From the NCBI GenBank assembly GCA_025999155.1, contig AP026679.1:163996-227995 (forward strand): a stretch of 64,000 nucleotides of DNA, read 5' to 3'. Each line of letters begins with the position of its first letter. The stretch's first letter is position 1. The translations under genes and the position numbers were made by a program. The notes under the pieces were generated by a model, which did not search any database, was not told the DNA's origin, and saw only the letters and a program-made list of their open reading frames with translations. The DNA comes from Candidatus Dojkabacteria bacterium (GTDB lineage Bacteria > Patescibacteriota > Dojkabacteria > JAOAGR01). Positions 29,059-38,789 of the stretch are shown here, one piece after another.

Positions 29059-30330
29059 CTAGTCAGAGTATAGACTTTTTTCTGATTTAGATCTACTGGA
29101 TGTAGCTGACATTGTATTGATATGAATAATAAGATTTTTAATATCTAATATTTCTTGGGAAGGCGAAGTTAATAATCTTAACGCAAAAAGTTCGGTACCC
29201 CATAAACGTATGTTACAAATGTCATTCCATTGAGAAATATCTAAATCTTGAGATACACGTAACAAAGCATATAAAAATTCATGCAACGAAGAACCTGGAC
29301 TCGTTTTTGACCCCCAAGGCTCAAATTGTAATTCAGAAACTTCAATATCTAAATCAAATTTTCCCTTTAGTTGTAATATTTTTTTAAATATATTATGCCC
29401 ATACACAAGCTTAGAAAAAGAAAAATTGTCGATACACATATTTGCAAACTCAGGATATCCATCAATTTTATAGTAATAATTTAATCCTAAAGTAAATTTA
29501 GCATCGGGTTTTATTCGTTGGATATCTTCTAGTAATCTAACAATCTTCTCAAACTCGGGCCTAAATAAAGTGTAAAATTGGGGACCTCCTGACATCGAAA
29601 TAAAAATTCTTGAACTCGGAAAATACTGTGATGTTAATGTTATCATGTCTTTCTCAAAATCAATACTTGGAATCCATCGTAGTCTTCCATATGGGTTAAA
29701 CACTTCATTATCATTTTGTACACTTTCGACGATGTCAAAAAATCTGTCTCCAAAAGTTTTATAAAAGGCCTCAAAAAGACTTGTTAAATATAGTTTCGAT
29801 TTTTCAAATATGAGGCCTTTATTTGGAATCTCAAAAATTTTGAAGCTGTTTCCAACTTTTCGTACTAATTCGTCCGGAACATGAATCTCAGGCCACCTAA
29901 AAACTTTTATAGGACCAATATTCAGATGCACTCTGACGTTATTTGCGATACAATATCGAATTAGATCACTGTAATAACTTAAATCAATAAAATCACCTTG
30001 AAAAACTTTATTCCACCGTATACCTATACGAACACTTTGCAAATCTAATTCTTTATGTAAAAAGTCGAGAATTTCGTAACTTCTAAAAGACAATCGCTGA
30101 AAATTTGTTGAATTCATCAAATATTCTAAATGCTCAGGCGAAAAAGAGTGAGAAAAATTGATCTTACTTAATACCATACTGTACTTCGATAAAAATTCAG
30201 ATGTATCTAACAAAGAGTCGAAGTAAGCCTGCATCATGTTACGAAACATGACAGGCACTAACATTTGTACAAATCTATTCTGCTGAAAAGAGAAAATATT
30301 TCTACTCAGAGCCATACGACTAACTACCAA
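29059..30330 (-). CDS. Putative clan GH-A glycoside hydrolase (TIM barrel)
   Basis: VRIGIRWN, IGPIKVFRWPEIHVP, QNDNE (acid/base), GLNYY, SELQFEPW (nucleophile), RLWGTE. Confidence 0.65.
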   Translation of the reverse strand: MVVSRMALSRNIFSFQQNRFVQMLVPVMFRNMMQAYFDSLLDTSEFLSKYSMVLSKINFSHSFSPEHLEYLMNSTNFQRLSFRSYEILDFLHKELDLQSVRIGIRWNKVFQGDFIDLSYYSDLIRYCIANNVRVHLNIGPIKVFRWPEIHVPDELVRKVGNSFKIFEIPNKGLIFEKSKLYLTSLFEAFYKTFGDRFFDIVESVQNDNEVFNPYGRLRWIPSIDFEKDMITLTSQYFPSSRIFISMSGGPQFYTLFRPEFEKIVRLLEDIQRIKPDAKFTLGLNYYYKIDGYPEFANMCIDNFSFSKLVYGHNIFKKILQLKGKFDLDIEVSELQFEPWGSKTSPGSSLHEFLYALLRVSQDLDISQWNDICNIRLWGTELFALRLLTSPSQEILDIKNLIIHINTMSATSSRSKSEKSLYSD

Positions 30331-31049
30331 CCTTTTCGTAAATATCCAAGCACAAGATAACCCTCGTAAGATAGCAAAAGACTACAAACGAAAATGATTG
30401 TACTTAAAGCCTTTAGTATTTGTAAACCCAAGCCGAACAATTTTACCATACACTACTGAGTGTAAATCATCAATTCTTTGCTCGAAACAATAATTTATCT
30501 TCCACTTTGAACAGGAAAAAAGTCGTCGAGATGGGTTTGTTTGTTTAGGTTGACAGGACTATTTATGTAGCCTGACTAATAAACTACTGTAAATGTGTCT
30601 ATCGTCAATTTATAAAGGAATACAAGGTTGATGGTATCAGTTGAGCCTCTGCCATTGTATGGTCTTGACGAAGGTATAGTTTAAGTTGTGCCTGTTTTTA
30701 TTGTCCTTCCAAGGTTTTATCTACTAGTTATTGTAATAATAGCGAAAACACGTCCTAGCTTTGGGTTGTCATGGCGTTCGGTTATTAGCTTAGTCTAAAT
30801 TTGATTCTTCGCTATAAAATACTGCAAATAACTAATTACCAAATTCTCACATTTTACAGCAAAAGTCTGTGTTACTGATATGCTTAATATGATTATATAA
30901 ATGTACTAGCTATAATTCCCCTACAAAATACTATAAAATCAATAGAAAATTTTTTGTTGAAATATAATTTTCTTGAAATATAATTCACATTCTTATATAA
31001 GTAAAATGCATTAAGTAAATATGCATACAATTATATTTATTATCTGATC

Positions 31050-31793
31050 ATGCTCAAAACGAAAGCCAAGTACTACAGTTTACAAGAGAAAAAATGGCAA
31101 GAAATCGAGATTGTTATTGATAAAAAACTAAATTTTGATTATTCACATTGTTCCTGGTTTGCTATCGATGGTGAATTTACAGGTATTTATGCTCAGAGGG
31201 ATAAAGATGTATTATGGACTATAGCATCTGAAGATAATCAAGGAAATCTGAGAGTTGAAATGCTTTATACCTACCAAAATGATGCTGATCTCTCTGTGTT
31301 GAAAGATTTATTATTAAGTGATAAAGAAAAACTTTTCTGGTATGGAGTCTTAGATTTAGCATTTTTAATGAATAGAACCGGAGTCCGAGTAAGTCATCCT
31401 GTTTTCGACGTAAAAATAGCTTCACGCATAGTCCGTACCTACACTCCTGAGCATAATATAGATGTGCTATTAACTAGTTTATTTAGTGCTCCTTCAGATG
31501 TGACCAACAAAAAAGAATTGAAGTTATCGAAAGAATTTGGAATACCCCCACAAGAATGGAGTGAAACCTTACACCAATATAATGTAAATGATGTCGCGTA
31601 TCTGAGACCGATTTCGGTAAGGTTAAAAGAAATGGCACGATATATGAATAGAGAAGAAATACTGAATTCCATGCATAGAGCACTACCAGAAATTGCTTAT
31701 CTGAATTCGCAAGGATTTTATCGAGATATATTTAGCCCATCTTATAATGATACAGACATGCAATCGGGCATCCTAATACCCTCAAAAAGATAG
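31050..31793 (+). CDS. DEDDy 3'-5' exonuclease (short RNase D-like)
   Basis: AIDGEFTG (ExoI), GVLDL (ExoII), FDVKIASRIVRTY, YNVNDV (ExoIII). Confidence 0.78.
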   Translation: MLKTKAKYYSLQEKKWQEIEIVIDKKLNFDYSHCSWFAIDGEFTGIYAQRDKDVLWTIASEDNQGNLRVEMLYTYQNDADLSVLKDLLLSDKEKLFWYGVLDLAFLMNRTGVRVSHPVFDVKIASRIVRTYTPEHNIDVLLTSLFSAPSDVTNKKELKLSKEFGIPPQEWSETLHQYNVNDVAYLRPISVRLKEMARYMNREEILNSMHRALPEIAYLNSQGFYRDIFSPSYNDTDMQSGILIPSKR

Positions 31794-31897
31794 ACATTTA
31801 TAGACGTATATCCAAATCCTGTGAGTAGAAATCTTACAAAAATAAAGCTGCCAACAGTTTGCGTGTATAGACGACAAAATACAATACCGGCAATAAA

Positions 31898-34800
31898 CTA
31901 TTTCTTTTTCCTCTTTTGTTGCGCCTCTTTGAATGCTTGTTCCAAAGATTCTTGAGCTAACCGAGCAGCACGCTTTAACGCAGCTTCAACTTCATAACTT
32001 CGAGCCTGTCTTTCTATACGAGCAGTGTACAATAACACTCTACTTGCAATATCTTGATCTATAGAATCGATCATTTGAGAAAAAAGTATATAACCCTCAT
32101 TTTGATATATATTCAAAGGATCTTTCTGTCCATATCCCTGGAAACCGGCTCCAGAACGGATATCTTCCATATTCTCTAAATGATCAACCCAATGTGAATC
32201 AATCGAATCCAACAAAACATATTTTTCAATCTCGCGCATTGTTACGAAACCTTCTTCTTTTTCTTTCATATCATATGCTTCATCAACAATAATCATTAAT
32301 TGTTCACGTATTCTTTCTTTTATTGGATTTTGCATTAAGAATTCCTTGAATTCATCCAAACTAGACCCAAATTCTTTTGTGATCACAGCTTCAAAAATAT
32401 ACTGTGGTATCATCCTCAATAAGTTATTTAATAAAGTCTCAATATTTTCTGCTGTTAAGGTTTCTAAATTTGAAACTTCATCTACAATATGACCAACTTG
32501 CGTCTTGAGTTTACGTAAGACATAATCTCGTAGTCTTATTTCTCCTTCATAAATACCAGATTCTTCAATTTGTTTATCTATCTGTTCTTTATTCACTTGA
32601 TAATATTCTTTAGCCTCCTCAAATAGCTCCATAATCCTACGACGCCTCTTATAAATAACTAATCTTTGTTTATTTAAAACATCATCAAACTCAACTAGAT
32701 GTTTACGGATGTCAAAATTTTCTGCTTCAACTCGCCTTTGAGCAGACTTTATAGCATTAGTAATAAACTTTGATTCAAATGCAACATCATCAGGAATATT
32801 TGAAGCACTCAAAATTCTCTTGATCATATCACCACCATATATTCTCATTAACTCGTCATCTAAAGCCAAGTAAAACCTAGATGACCCAGGATCTCCTTGT
32901 CGTCCAGCTCTTCCTCTTAACTGATTATCTATACGTCTAGACTCATGTCTCTCTGTACCTATAACATACAGACCTCCTAAATCCTTTACACCAGGACCTA
33001 ATTTAATATCTGTACCTCTACCTGCCATGTTCGTTGAAATCGTAACAGCCCCTTTCTGACCAGCTTTTGCAATAATCTCTGCTTCTCGAGCATGATTTTT
33101 TGCATTTAACACTTCGTGCTTAATGCCAACCTCTTTGAGCATGGCAGATAATTTTTCTGATTTTTCAACCGACACTGTACCTACTAACACAGGTTGTCCA
33201 ATTTTGTGTTTTTCCTGTATATCTTTAACTATAGCCCTAAATTTAGCATCTTCATTTTTGTAAATAACATCATCATGATCCACCCTTATCATGGGCTTAT
33301 TGGTCGGTATTTCGACAACATCAAGGTTGTATATTTTGCTAAATTCTTCTGCCTCTGTTACTGCAGTACCCGTCATGCCAGATAGAATAGGGAAGAGTCT
33401 AAAATAATTTTGATAGGTAACTGTTGCTACAGTACGCGATTCTTTCTGTATAGGCACACCTTCTTTTGCTTCTATAGCTTGATGAATACCATCGGACAAA
33501 CGACGCCCTGGTTGTAGACGCCCCGTAAATTCGTCAACTAATATAACTTCCCCATTATGCACAATGTAGTGATCGTCTCTTTTGTAATAGTACGTAGCTA
33601 ATAAAGCTCTATCAAGATACTTGGCATACTCAGGATAAATCCAGATATTTTCGACACCAAGCCATTTTTCCATTTTTTTAATTCCAGAGTCTGTCAAAGT
33701 CACAGCTCTTTCTTTTTCATCAACTTGATAATCACCTTCCGTCAACTGTTTGACTAATTTCGCAAATTTTGTATAAAGAAGATTTGACTCTTCTGAAGAG
33801 CTGGAAATGATGAGGGGTGTACGTGCCTCATCTATTAAAATCGAATCAACCTCGTCTACTACGCAAAAGAAAGGATCACGTTGATTCATGTCTTCGAAAG
33901 TTTTTTGCATATTATCCCTCAAATAATCAAAGCCGAACTCAGAGTTTGTACCGTAGGTGATATCACATAAATATGCATTTTTTCTTGTCGTCTCAACCAA
34001 AGTAAGACCCTTCAACGAGCTATAATTCGACCAATCTATCTTTTTTGCAAGTTCAATCTCTTCAGGACTTCGAGCACAATTAGATAGTGCCTCGGGATCA
34101 ACATACTTATAGGATTTCTCTTGATTTATGACTCCAACAGTGATACCTAGATAACCTAACATGTGACCCACCCATTCACCATCACGTTTAGCTAAATAAT
34201 CGTTTACGGTAACTAAATATACTCCACGACCAAAAAGAGAGTAGAGAAATAATGCCAGTGGCGCTACCAAGGTTTTTCCTTCCCCAGTCTTAAATTCAAT
34301 AATACGCCCTTGAGCTAAAGCAATGCCTGCCATCAACTGTACAGGAAAATGTCTATGATTTGATGTTCTTTTTGCAACCTCGCGTACTAAAGCATAACAA
34401 AAAGGCAACTTCTCCATGATAAATTCGTATATTTTAGAACCCTGTTTCGTTTCTAACCAAGCCTTACCTTTTTCTGTAAAAAGCTTTGCATCAGGTGGGA
34501 GTTTTTCTTGAAATTCTTTTCTAAGTTCTACTACGGCTTGACGCATTTCCTCTTGTGTCATGGCACTCATTTCCTCTTCAAGTGCCTCAATTTTGTCCAC
34601 TATCTTGCGTAATTTTTCTATTTGTTTCTCATTGGAATCAAAGAATCTATTTTGAATAGACCGGACAAAAAAGCTGTTTCTTAAACCTTTACTCATATTG
34701 ATGATAGCAGTCATCACAGGACTAACTTGCTTCTTTATCAGGCTAAATGTGAATTTAGAATTTTTCTTTTGAGAGTCTGTAGACTGGCTGAGACCTAGTA

Positions 34801-34951
34801 ATTTTGTTATTTTCTTATCAGCTGCTGTCTGAGTCTTATTTTTGACATTGGATCCTGAAACACTTTTTGAAGATTTTGAGCCCATTTTTATAGATTTTGC
34901 AGGATCTTTTCCCGATTTCGTCTGTTTTTTTTGTCTTTGGTGATTTGTCAT
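31898..34951 (-). CDS. secA: Preprotein translocase subunit SecA
   Basis: KTGEGKT, VTVNDYLA, GFDYLRDN, DEVDSILIDEARTPLIIS, GMTGTA, TNMAGRGTDI, QLRGRAGRQGDPG. Confidence 0.97.
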   Translation of the reverse strand: MTNHQRQKKQTKSGKDPAKSIKMGSKSSKSVSGSNVKNKTQTAADKKITKLLGLSQSTDSQKKNSKFTFSLIKKQVSPVMTAIINMSKGLRNSFFVRSIQNRFFDSNEKQIEKLRKIVDKIEALEEEMSAMTQEEMRQAVVELRKEFQEKLPPDAKLFTEKGKAWLETKQGSKIYEFIMEKLPFCYALVREVAKRTSNHRHFPVQLMAGIALAQGRIIEFKTGEGKTLVAPLALFLYSLFGRGVYLVTVNDYLAKRDGEWVGHMLGYLGITVGVINQEKSYKYVDPEALSNCARSPEEIELAKKIDWSNYSSLKGLTLVETTRKNAYLCDITYGTNSEFGFDYLRDNMQKTFEDMNQRDPFFCVVDEVDSILIDEARTPLIISSSSEESNLLYTKFAKLVKQLTEGDYQVDEKERAVTLTDSGIKKMEKWLGVENIWIYPEYAKYLDRALLATYYYKRDDHYIVHNGEVILVDEFTGRLQPGRRLSDGIHQAIEAKEGVPIQKESRTVATVTYQNYFRLFPILSGMTGTAVTEAEEFSKIYNLDVVEIPTNKPMIRVDHDDVIYKNEDAKFRAIVKDIQEKHKIGQPVLVGTVSVEKSEKLSAMLKEVGIKHEVLNAKNHAREAEIIAKAGQKGAVTISTNMAGRGTDIKLGPGVKDLGGLYVIGTERHESRRIDNQLRGRAGRQGDPGSSRFYLALDDELMRIYGGDMIKRILSASNIPDDVAFESKFITNAIKSAQRRVEAENFDIRKHLVEFDDVLNKQRLVIYKRRRRIMELFEEAKEYYQVNKEQIDKQIEESGIYEGEIRLRDYVLRKLKTQVGHIVDEVSNLETLTAENIETLLNNLLRMIPQYIFEAVITKEFGSSLDEFKEFLMQNPIKERIREQLMIIVDEAYDMKEKEEGFVTMREIEKYVLLDSIDSHWVDHLENMEDIRSGAGFQGYGQKDPLNIYQNEGYILFSQMIDSIDQDIASRVLLYTARIERQARSYEVEAALKRAARLAQESLEQAFKEAQQKRKKK

Positions 34952-35628
34952 AAAGTTTTACTCCAAATACTCTATTATAATTTGCTAATTTTAAAATAGG
35001 TAGACGTATAATAGCAAATTTATCTAAAAAATGCTTTTAAATATGAGCATTAACGAAGATGTAATTTTATATATGCTACGAGCTTGATCACACTCAATCT
35101 AAATTGGTAAATTAATACACGAACATAAAAGGGAAAAGTAATTTCTTTTCGCATCTAACAGAACTTTTTTATTATATAAAGCGAAATAACCAGTAAGAAT
35201 CAGATAAAATGACACCAATAAATTCAAGAAATAAAAATCATACAATTGCCACACGAATATGATTGCTTTATAAAGCGATAGCAAGCAAGTGATACACAAA
35301 CTATCTCATCCAATCCGCATCATTTTCTTCACATGGACACCATTACTATTTTCATCATAATCATACGATTATGGATAAAAAGTATAAAATCGCATTTAAT
35401 CTAATACTTTCCATGTCACAAACTTTCTCATTATCGAAACAAACAATCACAGTCCCCAAGATCAGTAAAAATTATAATTAAATTCCTATTAGAATCCATC
35501 AAAAGAAATAGCTTTACATTGATACAAAATCCAATCTAAGTATAGATATTCATTGCTGGAATTCCGATTATTAGCCGTAGTTTTCGTATTTACTTCATTA
35601 TATAGTACAGCATTAATTCTTCAATAGC

Positions 35629-35671
35629 ACAGATATCGAATCAACTAACGTCAAATAAACAGATATTAAAA
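35629..35671 (+). repeat. Copy 1 of a diverged 43-bp repeat (copy 2 at 38596-38638)
   Basis: 34/43 identical by manual alignment. Confidence 0.65.
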
Positions 35672-35824
35672 CTAAAACCCGCCCGATTACTTACAACTTT
35701 TTACATAACACATTTTGCAACGACATTTACACTTACTTATATCATATAAACCTATAAGGCTATTCATGCATTAAGATAATAATCTTTAAAATTCTTTACA
35801 AAATCAATATCCACAGATAATTGT

Positions 35825-35855
35825 AAAAGATGTAAATATACTAAAATATCTACAC
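35825..35855 (-). terminator. Putative terminator of paralog A
   Basis: Minus-strand stem GTGTAGATAT/ATATTTACAT then CTTTT; resembles the hairpin after paralog B. Confidence 0.5.
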
Positions 35856-35865
35856 TCGAAGTTTC

Positions 35866-37008
35866 CTAAAATGGGAACTGTACGTTTTTATTAAACTTGT
35901 ACTCAAATGTTTTCAAATCATCAAATATAGGCTTCTTAGTTTCTAGATCGAATCTGTCGGAATATCTGATAATAATAGTATCCATTGTAGCTACAATTTC
36001 TTTTATATAGGTATTATCATCACCAAATACAACTTCGACATTCCCTGATTCAGTGTTAAACTTATACACTTCATGACCCACATATTTATATTTATATTTA
36101 TATTTATATTTACATCCTACACCATCATACAAATATACTTCGCCAGATAATTTATCCACGTGAACTATACCACCAAACGACCTTACCAGAGAATCATCAA
36201 CTACCCTTCTTATATCTATACCTTCTATTGTATCAATACTTCCCGCATTTACATCAGTAGGATTAAGACATGTAGCTATAGTATTAAGCATGTCACCAGT
36301 ATAATTGTTTATATCATTAAAATTCGTAGAAGTCGCAAAATAACGATTATTAAACACATATTTGATTTCTTGTGTAATATGGGTGGGACTTACATCCACA
36401 GGTAGCTCCTTACCATTTATGATATGCATTTGTCTCACAGCCACGAAGGGATCGCTAGGATTATTGCAATCTATAGGTGACCTTTCAAGTAATGTGTATG
36501 AAAGCGAACCATCAGGACCTAAGGCCATTGACGCTACAAATGGATAATTATCAGGAGCCACATATACTACGGAAACCTTTTTATTTACATCCATGACTTT
36601 AACCTCTCTAGGATTCGATTCTTCTACAAAATACAATTTAGTACCATCCTCACTTATCACCGGCTCTGCAGGCAACTTCACAAACCCAGCTGCACATTTA
36701 TCAGCATCTACTACAGACCTCAGTCCCATAAATGGATGACTTTTAATTAATTCTTTACCCAGTGTATATTCGTTTACTTTTGCCCCTATATCAACAATCT
36801 TATTGAACTTTATCCCTTTATTGAAAGATGTGTTATACACTACAACACCTAAAATTACCGATATCACCAAGACCACAACTAAAGAAGCATAGAAAAAATA
36901 AGGCTGACTCTTTACCTTGTCAAGTAAGTTAATAAGGACTCCAGTCTTACCAGAGTCATGGGCATTCTTTTTGGATTGATCTTTTGATGAGTATTTATTT
37001 GATGACAT
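35866..37008 (-). CDS. Membrane-anchored surface protein, paralog A (beta-rich, possibly a propeller)
   Basis: Single N-terminal TM; PVISEDGTKLYF and ALGPDGSLSY resemble TolB/WD-like blades; homologous to 37162..38280. Confidence 0.7.
   Translation of the reverse strand: MSSNKYSSKDQSKKNAHDSGKTGVLINLLDKVKSQPYFFYASLVVVLVISVILGVVVYNTSFNKGIKFNKIVDIGAKVNEYTLGKELIKSHPFMGLRSVVDADKCAAGFVKLPAEPVISEDGTKLYFVEESNPREVKVMDVNKKVSVVYVAPDNYPFVASMALGPDGSLSYTLLERSPIDCNNPSDPFVAVRQMHIINGKELPVDVSPTHITQEIKYVFNNRYFATSTNFNDINNYTGDMLNTIATCLNPTDVNAGSIDTIEGIDIRRVVDDSLVRSFGGIVHVDKLSGEVYLYDGVGCKYKYKYKYKYVGHEVYKFNTESGNVEVVFGDDNTYIKEIVATMDTIIIRYSDRFDLETKKPIFDDLKTFEYKFNKNVQFPF
36082..36111 (-). repeat. Perfect hexanucleotide microsatellite (AAATAT)5 encoding KYKYKYKYKY
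   Basis: atattt x5 on the + strand. Confidence 0.95.
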
Positions 37009-37015
37009 GATTTAA

Positions 37016-37043
37016 ATCTTACAATATCCACACTTGATGACAA
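37016..37043 (-). promoter_or_regulatory. Sigma70-type promoter of paralog A, leaderless
   Basis: TTGTCA-N16-TAAGAT-N7-ATG. Confidence 0.6.
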
Positions 37044-37104
37044 CTTAGGTTATATATAAATTGTCGCTATTCTTGACGAAAGCTATATAGTTGGATAAAT
37101 ATAG

Positions 37105-37138
37105 AAAAGTGCAGATATATTCTTAGATACCTGCACTT
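37105..37138 (-). terminator. Intrinsic terminator of paralog B
   Basis: Minus-strand stem GTGCAGGTAT/ATATCTGCAC then TTTT. Confidence 0.7.
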
Positions 37139-37161
37139 GAAATACAGTAGATTCGAAATTA

Positions 37162-38280
37162 CTAGTTTCTATTCAACTTATATTCAAAAGTTTTCAACTC
37201 ATCATCTATAAGATCTCCGGTTTCCGAATGTTCTAAATATTTCACAACAATGGCATCATCCGTAACTGTAATCTCTTGTATAGACGTATTATCAGTACCG
37301 AAAATTACCTCGAATTTGCCAGTCTTAATGTTTAACTTGTATACTTTGCTACCCTTGGTATCAGGACCTGTTCCGTCACCGTTCAAATACACATCGCCAG
37401 ATAATTTATCCTCATAAACTATACCATTAAAAGCTCCGACCAAAGAATTATCTGATACTCTTATTATCTGTATATAAGGATGACCATCAAAACCAATACC
37501 ATTTGACTTTATTCTCGTTAAAAAATACTCATCATTAAATATATATTTTATTTCGTATATAAAACTAGAACTTACATCGCTTACAGGCAACTCCTTGCCA
37601 TTAACAATATGCATTTGTCTCACAGCTACGGTGTCACTAGGATTATTGCAATCTATAGGTGACTTTTCAAGTAATGTGTATGAAAGGGAACCATTGGGAC
37701 CTAAAGCCATTGACGCTACAAATGGATAATTATCAGGAGCCGCATATACTACGGAAACCTTTTTATTTACATCCATGACTTTTACTTCTCTAGGATTAGA
37801 TTCCTCCACAAAATACATTTTAGTCCCATCCGCATTTACAACAGGTTCTGCAGGCATCTTCACAACATTAAATGGACAATCAGGATAATTTCCGTGCTTT
37901 AGACCTTTAAATGGATAACTTATCACTAATTCTTCACCCAATTTATATTCGTTGGATCTTGCATCACTATTCACTGTCTTGCTAAACCTTTTCTCCGGAG
38001 CAGGAACATCATACTGGGCATTTTGTTTATCACTCCCAGAAGATACACCATAGGCATTCTCTTGAGTGCCAATCTTCTTTGATAGTTCGGCGCTATACCA
38101 TACCACAGCAACAGCCGCAACACAAGCAACAATCAGTACTATTACTACGACCACGACCAAAAATACATAAACAATAGCAGGTGTCTTTCTTACCTTTTCC
38201 AACAGACCAAAATCTACTCCAGTCTTCCCAGAATGATTGGTAGCCTGCTGGGGCTGATTTATTGAGTCGTCCTGTGACAT
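37162..38280 (-). CDS. Membrane-anchored surface protein, paralog B
   Basis: Single TM; shares SGKTGV, FVEESNPREVKVMDVNKKVSVVY, SPIDCNNPSD, DKLSG and LKTFEYK with paralog A. Confidence 0.7.
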   Translation of the reverse strand: MSQDDSINQPQQATNHSGKTGVDFGLLEKVRKTPAIVYVFLVVVVVIVLIVACVAAVAVVWYSAELSKKIGTQENAYGVSSGSDKQNAQYDVPAPEKRFSKTVNSDARSNEYKLGEELVISYPFKGLKHGNYPDCPFNVVKMPAEPVVNADGTKMYFVEESNPREVKVMDVNKKVSVVYAAPDNYPFVASMALGPNGSLSYTLLEKSPIDCNNPSDTVAVRQMHIVNGKELPVSDVSSSFIYEIKYIFNDEYFLTRIKSNGIGFDGHPYIQIIRVSDNSLVGAFNGIVYEDKLSGDVYLNGDGTGPDTKGSKVYKLNIKTGKFEVIFGTDNTSIQEITVTDDAIVVKYLEHSETGDLIDDELKTFEYKLNRN

Positions 38281-38286
38281 TTGTTT

Positions 38287-38314
38287 ACTCTACCATATAC
38301 ACACCAGATGTCAA
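38287..38314 (-). promoter_or_regulatory. Sigma70-type promoter of paralog B, leaderless
   Basis: TTGACA-N16-TAGAGT (with TGn extension)-N6-ATG. Confidence 0.65.
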
Positions 38315-38595
38315 TTTATGATTCTACCTGTGTATGTAGCAAGCAGATCCAATTTGACACATTACTCTAGCAATCTTAACCTGTGTCACTCTCTCAAGAA
38401 TATAAAATTATCGATCTTCACTTTTAAAATACCTAGTGTCGTAGTCATGATACTCGCATCTTTGTCACACCTTGACATTGTATTGTGAATAATATTCGGG
38501 TTCAGGAGGTACAGTGAAAATTATAGACATTACTATTATTCTTGACCTCATTCGCTCAGGGATCATCAGATCTTAAAATCGCTCAATAAACGACT

Positions 38596-38638
38596 ACAGA
38601 TACCAATACAACTAATGTTAATCAAACGGATATTAAAA
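38596..38638 (+). repeat. Copy 2 of the diverged 43-bp repeat
   Basis: acagataccaatacaactaatgttaatcaaacggatattaaaa. Confidence 0.65.
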
Positions 38639-38789
38639 GATTTGTATTATTGAGAAATTCTGCATTAATTGAATTTGCAACAGCAAAGTTGTTACAAACG
38701 TCTATCATGTAGGCGACATAGATTTATTCGTGTCTTTTGTGTTATCCAAGCTTAAGGGTAATAGTTGCGTAAGAAATAATTAGATAGAA

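Noticed and set aside
30370-30800. Group I intron (AAGACTAC and AAGGTATAGT resemble R and S elements), RNase P RNA or tmRNA
   Set aside because: No convincing P/Q elements or host exon; the P4 signature and tRNA-like ends are absent
36422-37782. DGR template/variable repeat pair
   Set aside because: Mismatches include C/T and C/G and are not adenine-specific; both copies are mid-gene; no reverse transcriptase in the window
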